From NCBI GenBank assembly GCA_963729605.1, contig CAVSNY010000007.1, positions 1,342,518 to 1,406,517 on the forward strand: DNA of 64,000 nucleotides, written 5' to 3'. This document shows, in pieces, positions 39,461 through 49,533 of the stretch. Both the position numbers and the translations under genes were made by a program. The notes beneath the pieces are model-generated. The model was given only the letters and a program-made list of their open reading frames with translations, had not been told where the DNA came from and searched no databases. How positions within the stretch are numbered: position 1 is the stretch's first letter; each line of letters begins with the position of its first letter. The stretch comes from an uncultured Gammaproteobacteria bacterium. GTDB lineage: Bacteria > Pseudomonadota > Gammaproteobacteria > DRLM01.

Positions 39461-40702
39461 ATGCATCAACACACAATGTTCAGGGTTTCAGCTTGGGTCA
39501 TTGCCGTGGCACTGCTACTCGGCAGTGTTGCGGTTAGTGCTGCAAGCCAGTCGCCGATATCCGGTTCCGCAGAATCGGCCGAAGCACCGAAGCTCGCTCG
39601 CGCAGTCGTCATGACCGGCTTGCAGCAACCGTGGGATATCGCCTTCACGCCCGATGGCGTGATGCTTTTCACCGAGAAGTGTCGCGGCGTGTCGGCACGC
39701 CTCGCCGACGGAAAGACGGTTCGGCTGTTCGGCACCAGCGGATCGGCGCTCGTGGCGCCGGATCTGTTCTGCCAGGGCCAGAGCGGCGTGCATGGCATCG
39801 CGGTCGATCCCGATTTCGCGAAGGGCACTCGCAACATCTATGTGTTCATGGCATCCAACCTGCGGAAGCCGGCCACCAATCGGGTCGTTCGCCTGACGGT
39901 CAACGCCGACTGCACGAGCGTCGGCAATCGCACCGACATCATCGAGGACATCGCCTACAAGCATGCGGCCAATGGCGCCGGCAGCGCGGGCGCCCACAGC
40001 GGCGGGCGCATTCGTTTCGGGCCCGACGGCTTCCTTTACGTCACCACCGGCGACAATCACAACGCAACGCTGCCACAAGACTTGAAGCGTCTCGGCGGCA
40101 AAGTGCTGCGGGTGAATCGCGACGGCACGGCGGCGCCGGGCAACAACACGCCGGCCGGCGGCGATCCGCGCATCTTCACTTACGGTCACCGCAACGTGCA
40201 GGGCATCACCTTCAGGCCGGCGGGTCAGCCAAACGCCGGCCAACCCTTTACCGCCGAGCACGGCCCGAATCACAGCGATGAAGTCACTGCGTTGGTGGCG
40301 GGCGGAAACGCCGGGTGGGATCCGCAGAATCGGCCGGGACTACGCTGCCCCGACAACTATTGCGGCTACGCCGGCGATCCGACCACGATGCCGATGACCG
40401 ACACGAAACGCTTCCCTAACGCGATGCCCCCAAGCTGGGTCCACAACGGCAACGGCCGCGGCATGGGCCCGGCGCTATTTCTCGACGGCAAACAATGGAG
40501 AGGGTGGGACGGCCGCTTACTGGTGAGCTTGATGCGCGGCCAAAGAATTGTCGCGCTGCAACTGGATGCGCGCGGCATGGCGACCCATGATGCGACCGTC
40601 GAGCTGCCTGCAACACGCACGCGGACGTTGGTGCAAGGCCCCGACGGCAATCTATACACCACCAATGACGACGGAGAGATCTGGCGAGTGGTTCCGGGCT
40701 AG
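39461..40702 (+). CDS. PQQ-dependent sugar dehydrogenase (GSDH family)
   Basis: Signal peptide; GLQQPWDIAF, HSGGRIRFGPDG.LYVTTGD, YGHRNVQG, EHGP. Confidence 0.9.
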   Translation: MHQHTMFRVSAWVIAVALLLGSVAVSAASQSPISGSAESAEAPKLARAVVMTGLQQPWDIAFTPDGVMLFTEKCRGVSARLADGKTVRLFGTSGSALVAPDLFCQGQSGVHGIAVDPDFAKGTRNIYVFMASNLRKPATNRVVRLTVNADCTSVGNRTDIIEDIAYKHAANGAGSAGAHSGGRIRFGPDGFLYVTTGDNHNATLPQDLKRLGGKVLRVNRDGTAAPGNNTPAGGDPRIFTYGHRNVQGITFRPAGQPNAGQPFTAEHGPNHSDEVTALVAGGNAGWDPQNRPGLRCPDNYCGYAGDPTTMPMTDTKRFPNAMPPSWVHNGNGRGMGPALFLDGKQWRGWDGRLLVSLMRGQRIVALQLDARGMATHDATVELPATRTRTLVQGPDGNLYTTNDDGEIWRVVPG

Positions 40703-40914
40703 TTCGGAGATGACGATTGCCGGCGGGATCACCAGAGCGCCTGCGAGACGGCGTGCGGCCGTATTTATGGCCCTACCTGATAGCCCATGCCAGCCGCGCC
40801 TACTAATCATGTCTCATCGCTGCGGGTACAGTGGTACGAGGCAACATACAAGCCCTGAAATAGGGCTTCTAATCCTCGAAAATGCCGCATCTGCTACGCG
40901 CAGGGCGGCGTACC

Positions 40915-41053
40915 TCCCCCGAATCCCTCCTTAGAGAGGACGGGGGAAAAAATCCCCTCCTTTTTTAAAGGAGGGGTGGACGCGAAGAGGACGGGGGAAA
41001 AAATCCCCTCCTTTTTTTGAAGGAGGGGTGGACGCGAAGCGGACGGGGTGGTT
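40915..41053. repeat. Tandem 51-52 bp REP-like repeat (2 full units plus partials)
   Basis: Unit GAGGACGGGGGAAAAAATCCCCTCCTTTTTTAAAGGAGGGGTGGACGCGAA at 40936 and 40987. Confidence 0.8.
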
Positions 41054-41087
41054 GATGACGAACCGCTTCGCTTATGACGAAGCATCA

Positions 41088-43310
41088 TCAATTAACCGCC
41101 ACGAGCTTCCTGCCGCTGCCTTGGAAGCTTTCTCCATAAGACTGGCTGCTCACTGACGTGCTCAACGTGGTGTTCACCAGCCACGGGATGAGTGTGTAGT
41201 TGGGGGCACGCACCGTCCAGGTCGCCGTGGCCGAGCCGCCGTCGATGATCCTGCCGACGTTCTGCGTGAGCGCGCCCGACACCAGCGTATAGCCCGCAGG
41301 CAGGGTGAGCTTCACGTTGACGTTGTGCGCGTCGAGATCGCCGCCGTTGGTGACTCTTGCGCTCACGAGGAAGGTGGCGTTGCTGAGCACGACGCCCGGC
41401 GCGGTCCATGCCACGGTAAACTTCGGTCCCGTCGCGGCCGTGAAGTTTTCTTCGGTGGCGAGCGCGAAGGACTCGGAGCTTGCGCCGTCGAAAGAGCTGC
41501 TGTAGGCGTAGACCTTCACCACCGACGCACCATCGACATTGGCGGCGACCTGGTGCACGTTGTCGGCGATGCTGATGTCGTTGTCCATCAGCCCGTTCGT
41601 CGTCTCGCGGTACATCGCGAGGTCGATGTCGCTCAGATTGCGATAGCTCGTCGGCGTCGCCGCGTTCTTGTAATCGACGTCGCGTTCCCACACCAGCGTC
41701 GCCTTGTCGCCGGTGTACGCGTAACCCTTGTACAGCTTGTAGTCGCCGGCCTGGCCGTTGGGTTTCACGGTTGAGCGGAAATAATCGTTGCGGTGGAAGT
41801 GTGCGTGCCACAGGTCGAGGTGGCCCCAGCCGTAGCTCTTGTTCCACTTCTTGCCGTTCACCGCCACGTCGTCCGCAGTGGATTCGGTGCCCTTGTCGTC
41901 TATCGCGTCAGCGGTGTTGATGAGCACGGCCTTGATCGCCATCGGGCTCCAGTTGCCGGCGTCGTTGAGCAGCAGCGTCGCCGCGCCGACCTTGGGTGCC
42001 GCGGAGCTGGTGCCGCCGAGCGTGGTCCAGCCGCTGCCCGTATCGCAGGTGGTGGTCTGATGCCCCGGCGCGGCGAGGTCGGGCTTCTTGCGGCCGTTCT
42101 TGGTCGGGCCGCGGCTGCTGCTGGTCCACACGCGGTCATCGCCGCGGCTCAGCGTGTTCTGGTCAAAAATGTTAGCGACCGTAAGGCCGTTGTAGTTGTT
42201 GGCCGGCACGGTGATCGTCGTCGTGCCCCAGCCTTCGTTGCCCGCCGATTTCGCCCACGACGTGCCGTAGTCGCGCACGATGGCATCGACGAAGCGCGAG
42301 AACGAATGCCAGTCCTGATCCGAGGCGCTGCCGTTGCCCCAGCTGTAGTTGATGACTTCCGGATCGTCGCCCGCCGAGCGCACCATCCAGTCCGCGCCCG
42401 CCATGGATGTGCCGGTATCGCCCGCGTTGTCGATGAGGATGGAATCGAGGCCGAAAGCGAGTCCGCGATTCGTCGCGTTGGTGCTCGCGTACATGCACGC
42501 GACGCCCGTGCCGTGCGAACCGTTGCCGGCGAAGTTTTCATACGTGGTGTGGCCGCTCAGCGCAGGATGCGTCTGCGCCACGCCCGAGTCCAGCACGCCC
42601 ACGTCCCACACGCCGCCGTCGAAGCCGGACGCCCACCACGTGTCGGCGCCCAGCGAATCGGCCTGTACGTCGAGTTCGGGCTTGCCGGGGCGGTCGTAGA
42701 CGATTTCCGCGATGACACCGCCGTCCTGCGCGAGCAGGTCCAGCGCGCTGGAGGGTATGGTCGCGGCGATGGAATTGACCACGACCATGCGCTCGCGGAT
42801 TTTGCCGCCGGCGCGCTCGATCAGCGCCGCGGCCTTCGCTTGGCTGTCCGCCACGGCCTCGCCGGAGAGGCGCGCGATCTCGCCGCGCATCTGGCGCGTC
42901 AGCGCCTCGCGTTGCTTGTTGAGCTCATCGACGCGCGACTTCACGTCGGCGGGAATCTGCGCCGACACCATTTTCGCGTGAGCGAGCTCCTCGTCTTTGC
43001 TGCGCATCGACACCGTCGGCGCGTATTGCGCGTAAAGCGCGCGCACCTGATCGGCGAGCTCGTCGATCTTGGGCTCGTACTGCGCACGCACGCGCTTTGC
43101 CATCTCGTGCTGCGGCTGTGCCGTGAGCGAGATGACGACGGGCAGCGACGCCTGCTGCGCCGCCAGTTCCTTGAGCATGGGCTCGATGCGCTGCAGCGTA
43201 TCAGCGGCGGGCGCGATGGGTTTTACCGTTTCCAGCGCTTGCAGCGGACCTGCGGCGAGACAGGTGAATGCGCAGGCGGCGACGATGGGTTTGAGGCGTA
43301 GCGTGGTCAT
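41088..43310 (-). CDS. Secreted S8 (subtilase) serine peptidase with C-terminal Ig-like/CARDB domain
   Basis: Signal peptide from ATG 43310; triad VLDSG, HGT, GTSSAAP; SAGN oxyanion Asn. Confidence 0.88.
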   Translation of the reverse strand: MTTLRLKPIVAACAFTCLAAGPLQALETVKPIAPAADTLQRIEPMLKELAAQQASLPVVISLTAQPQHEMAKRVRAQYEPKIDELADQVRALYAQYAPTVSMRSKDEELAHAKMVSAQIPADVKSRVDELNKQREALTRQMRGEIARLSGEAVADSQAKAAALIERAGGKIRERMVVVNSIAATIPSSALDLLAQDGGVIAEIVYDRPGKPELDVQADSLGADTWWASGFDGGVWDVGVLDSGVAQTHPALSGHTTYENFAGNGSHGTGVACMYASTNATNRGLAFGLDSILIDNAGDTGTSMAGADWMVRSAGDDPEVINYSWGNGSASDQDWHSFSRFVDAIVRDYGTSWAKSAGNEGWGTTTITVPANNYNGLTVANIFDQNTLSRGDDRVWTSSSRGPTKNGRKKPDLAAPGHQTTTCDTGSGWTTLGGTSSAAPKVGAATLLLNDAGNWSPMAIKAVLINTADAIDDKGTESTADDVAVNGKKWNKSYGWGHLDLWHAHFHRNDYFRSTVKPNGQAGDYKLYKGYAYTGDKATLVWERDVDYKNAATPTSYRNLSDIDLAMYRETTNGLMDNDISIADNVHQVAANVDGASVVKVYAYSSSFDGASSESFALATEENFTAATGPKFTVAWTAPGVVLSNATFLVSARVTNGGDLDAHNVNVKLTLPAGYTLVSGALTQNVGRIIDGGSATATWTVRAPNYTLIPWLVNTTLSTSVSSQSYGESFQGSGRKLVAVN

Positions 43311-43525
43311 GGGGCGTCTCCCGGGTTGGAATGGGTGACGTCCATGATCGGGCACAGGCTATGCCACCGCAGTGGCAAAGTACTGACGGGGAGTGTGAAA
43401 AATTCACGCGAGGGCAGATTTCCAAATACAGCCCGCGCTCATCGGGGCAACTCACTACGGCGGTGGCTGGGATCCCCCTATACTTGCCCCAGCTGCCTCC
43501 GGATGTTTAAGTGGAAATCACCTTA

Positions 43526-44245
43526 ATGCATTTCCCAGGAGAAATGTCTGACGATGAGGTATACCTCATCACTCAAGCCATTTTTATCAACGGCGAAAAT
43601 CTCGCGCCCGACCGCCCCATCGATCTGCGTCAGCTGGCAAAAAGCTGCCAGTTGGGTGGCGAGTTCTTCATCGTGACCTGCGGGTGCGGTTTTCCTGAAA
43701 CAGACGATAGTATACCCGTTACTCACCAGTCTGATCGAATTGTCTGGCAGATGCCGGAGCTCGAATTATTTAGAGAGGAAGAGCAAGACGCTCACAATCG
43801 TATTTATCGCACATACGTCTTTCGTCCCGAGCAGTATCTCGAGGCTGTGCAAGGAGGTCTATGCGATGCCAAGTCGTTTCTGTTCAGCGAATGCCAGCCA
43901 ATAGAGTGTTCACCCTATGGGTTTGAGCAAGAGGATTTACTCACTCTCGATCCAGTCGTAATCAGTGAGCGCGGTGCGCCGCTCGGCTGTCAGCTCTTAG
44001 CGCGCCACATTGAAGTCGAGAGCGGCCTTCGCTTAGTGACCATGAACGGTATTCCCTATCGGTTAAGTGAACTGCCGATCCCGGATACCATTAAGGCACT
44101 CGGTGACTGCAGCGAGAGGGAGCCAAAAGCAGTAGATGGCGGTTTTGTCTACGGCAGTTCGGCAGCGCAAAGCGAGGAGGTCAGGCGGCGTACTCGCATT
44201 GTCACGGAGTACCTCGTGTCCATACAATCTTCAGTGAAACAGTGA
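43526..44245 (+). CDS. Hypothetical protein
   Basis: About 240 aa ORF in a lower-GC block with a TCGCG motif; start uncertain. Confidence 0.5.
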   Translation: MHFPGEMSDDEVYLITQAIFINGENLAPDRPIDLRQLAKSCQLGGEFFIVTCGCGFPETDDSIPVTHQSDRIVWQMPELELFREEEQDAHNRIYRTYVFRPEQYLEAVQGGLCDAKSFLFSECQPIECSPYGFEQEDLLTLDPVVISERGAPLGCQLLARHIEVESGLRLVTMNGIPYRLSELPIPDTIKALGDCSEREPKAVDGGFVYGSSAAQSEEVRRRTRIVTEYLVSIQSSVKQ

Positions 44246-44335
44246 CTATCGCACTTCGTTGATGAAGAGCACAGCTGCTTCGCCGGAAAATCCGTGCCGA
44301 CGTTATTCCAACCGCATGAGCTGAAGGATGCTTAT

Positions 44336-44773
44336 ATGAGCCCACATGACACGAGGACCATTTATACGATTAGGCCTGAATTCGGCGGTGCCTACGGATG
44401 GATAAAGCAAAATGGGCACCTAGCGGGAAGCAGCCAACTCGGCCCAAATCATGCTGATGCCACTGCGTGGTGTGGAGATCACCCAATCTCCGATGAACTT
44501 CAGCGCGAGTTTGCTCGATGGCAAACGCGCTTTGAGATCGAAATTCCCGTGAACACTGACGTCTGTTATACATTTGATTGGGCGGCCTTCCATCAAGAAG
44601 GAATTACACTCGCAAAGCGCTTGAAGTGCGAACTCGGGGAGGCCGCAAGGGTGTTCTACCGTAAACCTTCTGAAGACCCATCTGAGATAAGGACGCAAGA
44701 GTGGGAAATAATGAGTGATGGAAATATGGTAGAACTTAGTTGTCGGTTAGAGACGGCTGATATGGTTAAATAA
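44336..44773 (+). CDS. Hypothetical protein
   Basis: AAGGA RBS; FDWAAFHQEGITLAKRLK.ELG. Confidence 0.55.
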   Translation: MSPHDTRTIYTIRPEFGGAYGWIKQNGHLAGSSQLGPNHADATAWCGDHPISDELQREFARWQTRFEIEIPVNTDVCYTFDWAAFHQEGITLAKRLKCELGEAARVFYRKPSEDPSEIRTQEWEIMSDGNMVELSCRLETADMVK

Positions 44774-45259
44774 AAAAACTCCTTGCCGTAATTCATCCTC
44801 ATGAAAAAACGTGGGTGGAAGTCAAAGGATCAGTGAGGTGGCCTGGCTGATGGTCACCCCGCCAAGGTGGCCGCAACAAGCCCGCACTGTACGCCGTTAC
44901 GTTCCAAGCCATCGGCGAGTGCAAGCGCAGGCGGACGTGAAGCCTACAACCACCGCTCCCGGCGGTTGGAAGATCCCGCTTCCGAAGTTAAAGCGGTGTC
45001 CCAAATACGGCTCCGACCATAACATTTCATAACACCGAATGCGTCGCGGTGTATGTCCACCATGCCGATGACGTACCCCTTGCAATAGTACGGGAAGGTG
45101 GAAAGCAGTAAGAACGATTAACAATCCGTTGGTTAATGGATATGATCGCTTAGGGCTGTGGGCATTTAAAATACCCATAGAGAAGGGAAGGTTAATAGCG
45201 CTTTCATTACCCATATTACTAAATATGGATTAACTGCCTGCGCGTGAGAAAAACTAATA

Positions 45260-48200
45260 ATGGAAAATCGCTTTTTCGAAAAACCCATTCTCAATTCGCC
45301 TTATCACTACCCGGCACGTCACTGGGAACTGGACCTCAGCGGCCAGCCGACCCAAAAAATCATCGAAGCCCGCCGCCGCGCTGAATTCATCACGCCGATC
45401 CCGAAGCCCAAGAAGCGCAAGGGCGCGGCGTGACCAGGCATCGATTGTTCTTCGACGAAGGCAAAGGGCTTTCCAGCGCAGGATCAGCAATACGACCCCA
45501 CAGCCATCATCAACGCCGTTCGCCAGCAAGTGGATCAGTGGCGGCGCCTGCCGAATCCCAACGACTGGCAAGTCACGCCGGAAACGGCGCGCCTGCTCCA
45601 GCACTGGCGGCATCACAATTTCAGCAGCATCCGGCCCTTCTTCTGCCAGGTCGAAGCGGTCGAGACCGCCATCTGGCTGACCGAGGTCGCGCCGCAGCTG
45701 GGGAAGGCCGGCGAACGTTTCCTCGAGCACCTGGCCAATGCCAACAACGACGCCAACCCCGAACTCATGCGCCTCGCGCTGAAGCTGGCCACCGGCGCGG
45801 GCAAGACCACCGTCATGGCCATGCTGATCGCCTGGCAGACCGTCAATGCCGTGCGGCGGCCCGAACAGCAAGAAGTTCACCCGCGGCTTCCTGATCGTCG
45901 CGCCCGGCCTCACCATCCGCGACCGCCTGCGCGTGCTCCAGCCGAACGACCCGGACAGCTACTACGCCAGCCGCGAGCTGGTCCCGAGCGACATGCTGGA
46001 CGATCTGAAGCGCGCCAAGATCGTCATCACCAACTACCACGCCTTCAAGCTGCGCGAGCGGATGGAGCTGTCCAAGGGCGGCCGCTCGCTGCTGCAGGGC
46101 CGCGGGCGACGGCGCTGCAACACGCTCGAGACCGAGGGCCAGATGCTCCAGCGCGTGATGCCCGAGCTGATGGGCCTGAAGAACATCCTCGTCCTCAACG
46201 ACGAGGCGCACCACTGCTACCGCGAGAAGCCCGAGCGACGACGACGAAGACGACCTGAAGGGCGACGACAAGAAAGAGGCCGAGAAGAACAACGAGGCCG
46301 CCCGCCTCTGGATCTCCGGCCTGGAGGCCGTGAAGCGCAAGCTCGGCGTCAGCGCGCGTGATCGACCTGTCCGCCACGCCGTTCTTCCTGCGCGGCTCCG
46401 GCTACGCCGAGGGCACGCTGTTCCCCTGGACGATGAGCGACTTCTCGCTGATGGACGCCATCGAGTGCGGCATCGTCAAGCTGCCGCGCGTGCCGGTCGC
46501 CGACAACATCCCGGGCGGCGAGATGCCGAAGTTCCGCAACCTGTGGGAGCACATCCGCACGCAGCATGCCGAAGAAGGGCCGCGGCAAGGCGCAAGACCT
46601 CGACCCGCTCAGCCTGCCCGTCGCAGCTGCAGACCGCGCTCGAGGCGCTCTACGGCCACTACGAGAAGACCTTCGAGCTCTGGGAGGAGGCGGGCATCCG
46701 CGTGCCGCCCTGCTTCATCGTCGTCTGCAACAACACCTCGACCTCCAAGCTGGTCTACGACTACATCTCCGGCTTCCAGCGCGAGAACGACGACGGCATC
46801 GACCACGCTGGAGAACGGCCGCCTCGCGCTGTTCCGCAACTTCGACGAGCACGGCAATCCGCTCGGCCGGCCCACACACCCTGCTGATCGACAGCGAGCA
46901 GCTCGAATCCGGCGAGGCGCTGGACGACAACTTCCGCGACATGGCGGCCGACGAGATCGAGCGCTTCCGCCGCGAGATCATCGAGCGCACCGGCGACCCG
47001 CGCGCAGGCCGAGAACATCACCGACCAGGACCTGCTGCGCGAGGTGATGAACACCGTCGGCAAGCAGGGCCGGCTGGGCGAGTCGATCCGCTGCGTCGTC
47101 TCGGTGTCGATGCTGACCGAGGGCTGGGACGCCAACACCGTCACCCACGTGCTCGGCGTGCGCGCCTTCGGCACCCAGCTCCTGTGCGAGCAGGTCATCG
47201 GCCGCGCGCTGCGCCGCCAGTCGTACGACCTGAACGAAGAGGGCCTGTTCAACGTCGAATATGCCGACGTGCTCGGCATTCCCTTCGACTTCACCGCCAA
47301 GCCGGTCGTCGCGCCGCCGCAGCCGCCGCGCGAGACCATCCAGGTCAAGGCCGTGCGCCCCGAGCGCGATGCGCTGGAAATCCGCTTCCCGCGCGTTGCA
47401 GGGCTACCGCGTCGAACTGCCCGAGGAGCGGCTCACCGCCGAGTTCAACGACGACTCCGTGCTGGAGCTGACGCCCGACCTGGTCGGGCCCTCGATCACC
47501 AGAAACGCGGGCATCATCGGCGAGGACGTCGACCTGAGCCTCGAGCACCTCGGCGACATGCGCCGCTCCACGCTGCTCTTCCACCTCACCCAGCGCCTGC
47601 TCTACACCAAGTGGCGCGACCCGGGCGAAGAGCCCAAGCTGCACCTGTTCGGCCAGCTCAAGCGCATCACCAAGCAGTGGCTCGACACCTGCCTGGTCTG
47701 CAAGGGCGGCACCTATCCCGGCCCAGCTCATGTACCAGGAGCTGGCCGACATGGCCTGCGAGCGCATCACCGCCGGCATCACCCGCGCGCTTCGTCGGCG
47801 AGCGGCCCATCAAGGCCGTGCTCGACCCCTACAACCCGACCGGCTCCACCGCCCACGTCAACTTCAACACGTCGAAGACCGACCGCTGGGAGACCGATCG
47901 CGCGCCGCTGCCACGTCAACTGGGTCATCCTCGACAGCGACTGGGAGGCCGAGTTCTGCCGCGTCGCCGAGGCGCACCCGCGCGTGCAGGCCTACGTCAA
48001 GAACCACAACCTCGGCCTCGAAGTGCCCTACCGCTACGGCTCCGAGACGCGCAAGTACCTCCCGGACTTCATCGTGCTGGTGGACGACGGCCACGGCGAC
48101 GACGACCTGCTGCACCTCGATCGTCGAGATCAAGGGCTACCGCCGCGAGGACGCCAAGGAGAAGAAGGCCACGATGGACACCTACTGGGTGCCCGGCGTG

Positions 48201-48347
48201 AACAACCTCGGCACGTACGGCCGCTGGGCCTTCGCCGAATTCACCGAGGTTTACCAGATCGAGGCCGACTTCGCAAAAAAGGTGGAGGCGGAGTTCGACC
48301 GCATGATAGCCGCCTGTACCACGCCGGATGCCGTTCATGCTGGCTAA
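45260..48347 (+). CDS. BPTD_3080-type type III Res/DEAD-box restriction helicase, many frameshifts
   Basis: MENRFFEKPILNSPY; KLATGAGKT; NDEAHHCY; MLTEGWDA; EQVIGRALRR; YLPDF...EIKG. Confidence 0.85.
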
Positions 48348-48350
48348 TAG

Positions 48351-48420
48351 GTATAGAGAACCCCATTGTCCTATACACATGTCTGGTGATATGTATAGAA
48401 AACTCCATTTTCCTATACAT
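48351..48420. promoter_or_regulatory. Two tandem palindromic operator-like boxes upstream of fic
   Basis: GTATAG-N14-CTATAC at 48351 and 48393. Confidence 0.55.
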
Positions 48421-48443
48421 GTTGGTCGGCCAGGATGGGTATC

Positions 48444-49532
48444 ATGAATACAATCTTGCCTTTAGAGCACCTGCCGTCCCGGCGTTTCGAGACACCGGCC
48501 ATCTTAAAGAAAATGGCCATGGCTGGCCGCAAACTCGCCGAACTCAAGGGCGTAGCCGCCTCCATACCGAACCAGGGCATCCTCATCAACACCTTGGGTA
48601 TGCAGGAGGCCAAAGACAGCTCGGCCATAGAGAATATCGTCACCACCCACGATGAACTATTCGAGGATGACCTCTTTCCCGAGAATCCCGTCAGCCCCGC
48701 GGCGAAAGAAGTGCTGCGTTACCGCCAGGCGTTGCGGGTGGGATTCGAACAGGTGCGCGAAAGCGGCCTGCTCACCGCCAACCATATCATTCGCATTCAG
48801 GCCGAGCTGGAGCAGAACAACGCCGGCTTCCGCAAATTGCCCGGAACCGCGCTCAAAGACGCTGCCGGCCTGACCGTCTACACCCCGCCGCAAGACCCGG
48901 AAACCATAGTCGCGCTGATGCGAGACCTCGAGCGATTCATTAACGACAGCCAGTTATTCGATGCAGATCCGCTTATCAAAATGGCGCTTATTCATCATCA
49001 ATTCGAAAGCATCCATCCGTTTTACGATGGCAATGGCCGCACCGGACGCATCATCAACGTGCTCTACCTCGTCAAAGAAGGGCTGCTCGACATCCCCGTG
49101 CTCTATCTCAGCCGTCATATCGTGCGCACCAAGTCGGACTATTACCGCCTGCTGCAAGCCGTGCGTGACAACGACGCCTGGGAAGAATGGGTGCTCTACA
49201 TGCTCACGGCCATCGAATCGACCGCCGGCGACACTATCGAAACCATCGATGCCATCAAGCTGGCGCTGATGGACACCAAGCATCGCATTCGTGCCCAATA
49301 CAAATTCTACAGCCAGGACTTGATCAACAACCTGTTTACCCATCCGTACACCAAGATAGAGTTCGTCGAGCGCGACCTGAAAGTGTCGCGCATCACCGCC
49401 ACCAAATATCTCGATGACCTGACGCAAGGCGGTTTTCTAAGAAAGATCAAAAAAGGCCGCAGCAATTACTACGTCAATCTCGCGTTGAACGCGATTCTGA
49501 CCCGCGAATCCATGAAGGAAGTCAGTCGATAA
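48444..49532 (+). CDS. Fic-family adenylyltransferase with C-terminal HTH
   Basis: HPFYDGNGRTGR; N-terminal inhibitory motif SSAIEN. Confidence 0.92.
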   Translation: MNTILPLEHLPSRRFETPAILKKMAMAGRKLAELKGVAASIPNQGILINTLGMQEAKDSSAIENIVTTHDELFEDDLFPENPVSPAAKEVLRYRQALRVGFEQVRESGLLTANHIIRIQAELEQNNAGFRKLPGTALKDAAGLTVYTPPQDPETIVALMRDLERFINDSQLFDADPLIKMALIHHQFESIHPFYDGNGRTGRIINVLYLVKEGLLDIPVLYLSRHIVRTKSDYYRLLQAVRDNDAWEEWVLYMLTAIESTAGDTIETIDAIKLALMDTKHRIRAQYKFYSQDLINNLFTHPYTKIEFVERDLKVSRITATKYLDDLTQGGFLRKIKKGRSNYYVNLALNAILTRESMKEVSR

Positions 49533-49533
49533 C

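Noticed and set aside
40915-41053. Possible CRISPR array
   Set aside because: Contiguous tandem units without unique spacers, and no cas genes in the window
44774-45259. Hidden ncRNA or small gene upstream of the second res
   Set aside because: No repeat, stable hairpin series or recognisable ORF found by eye
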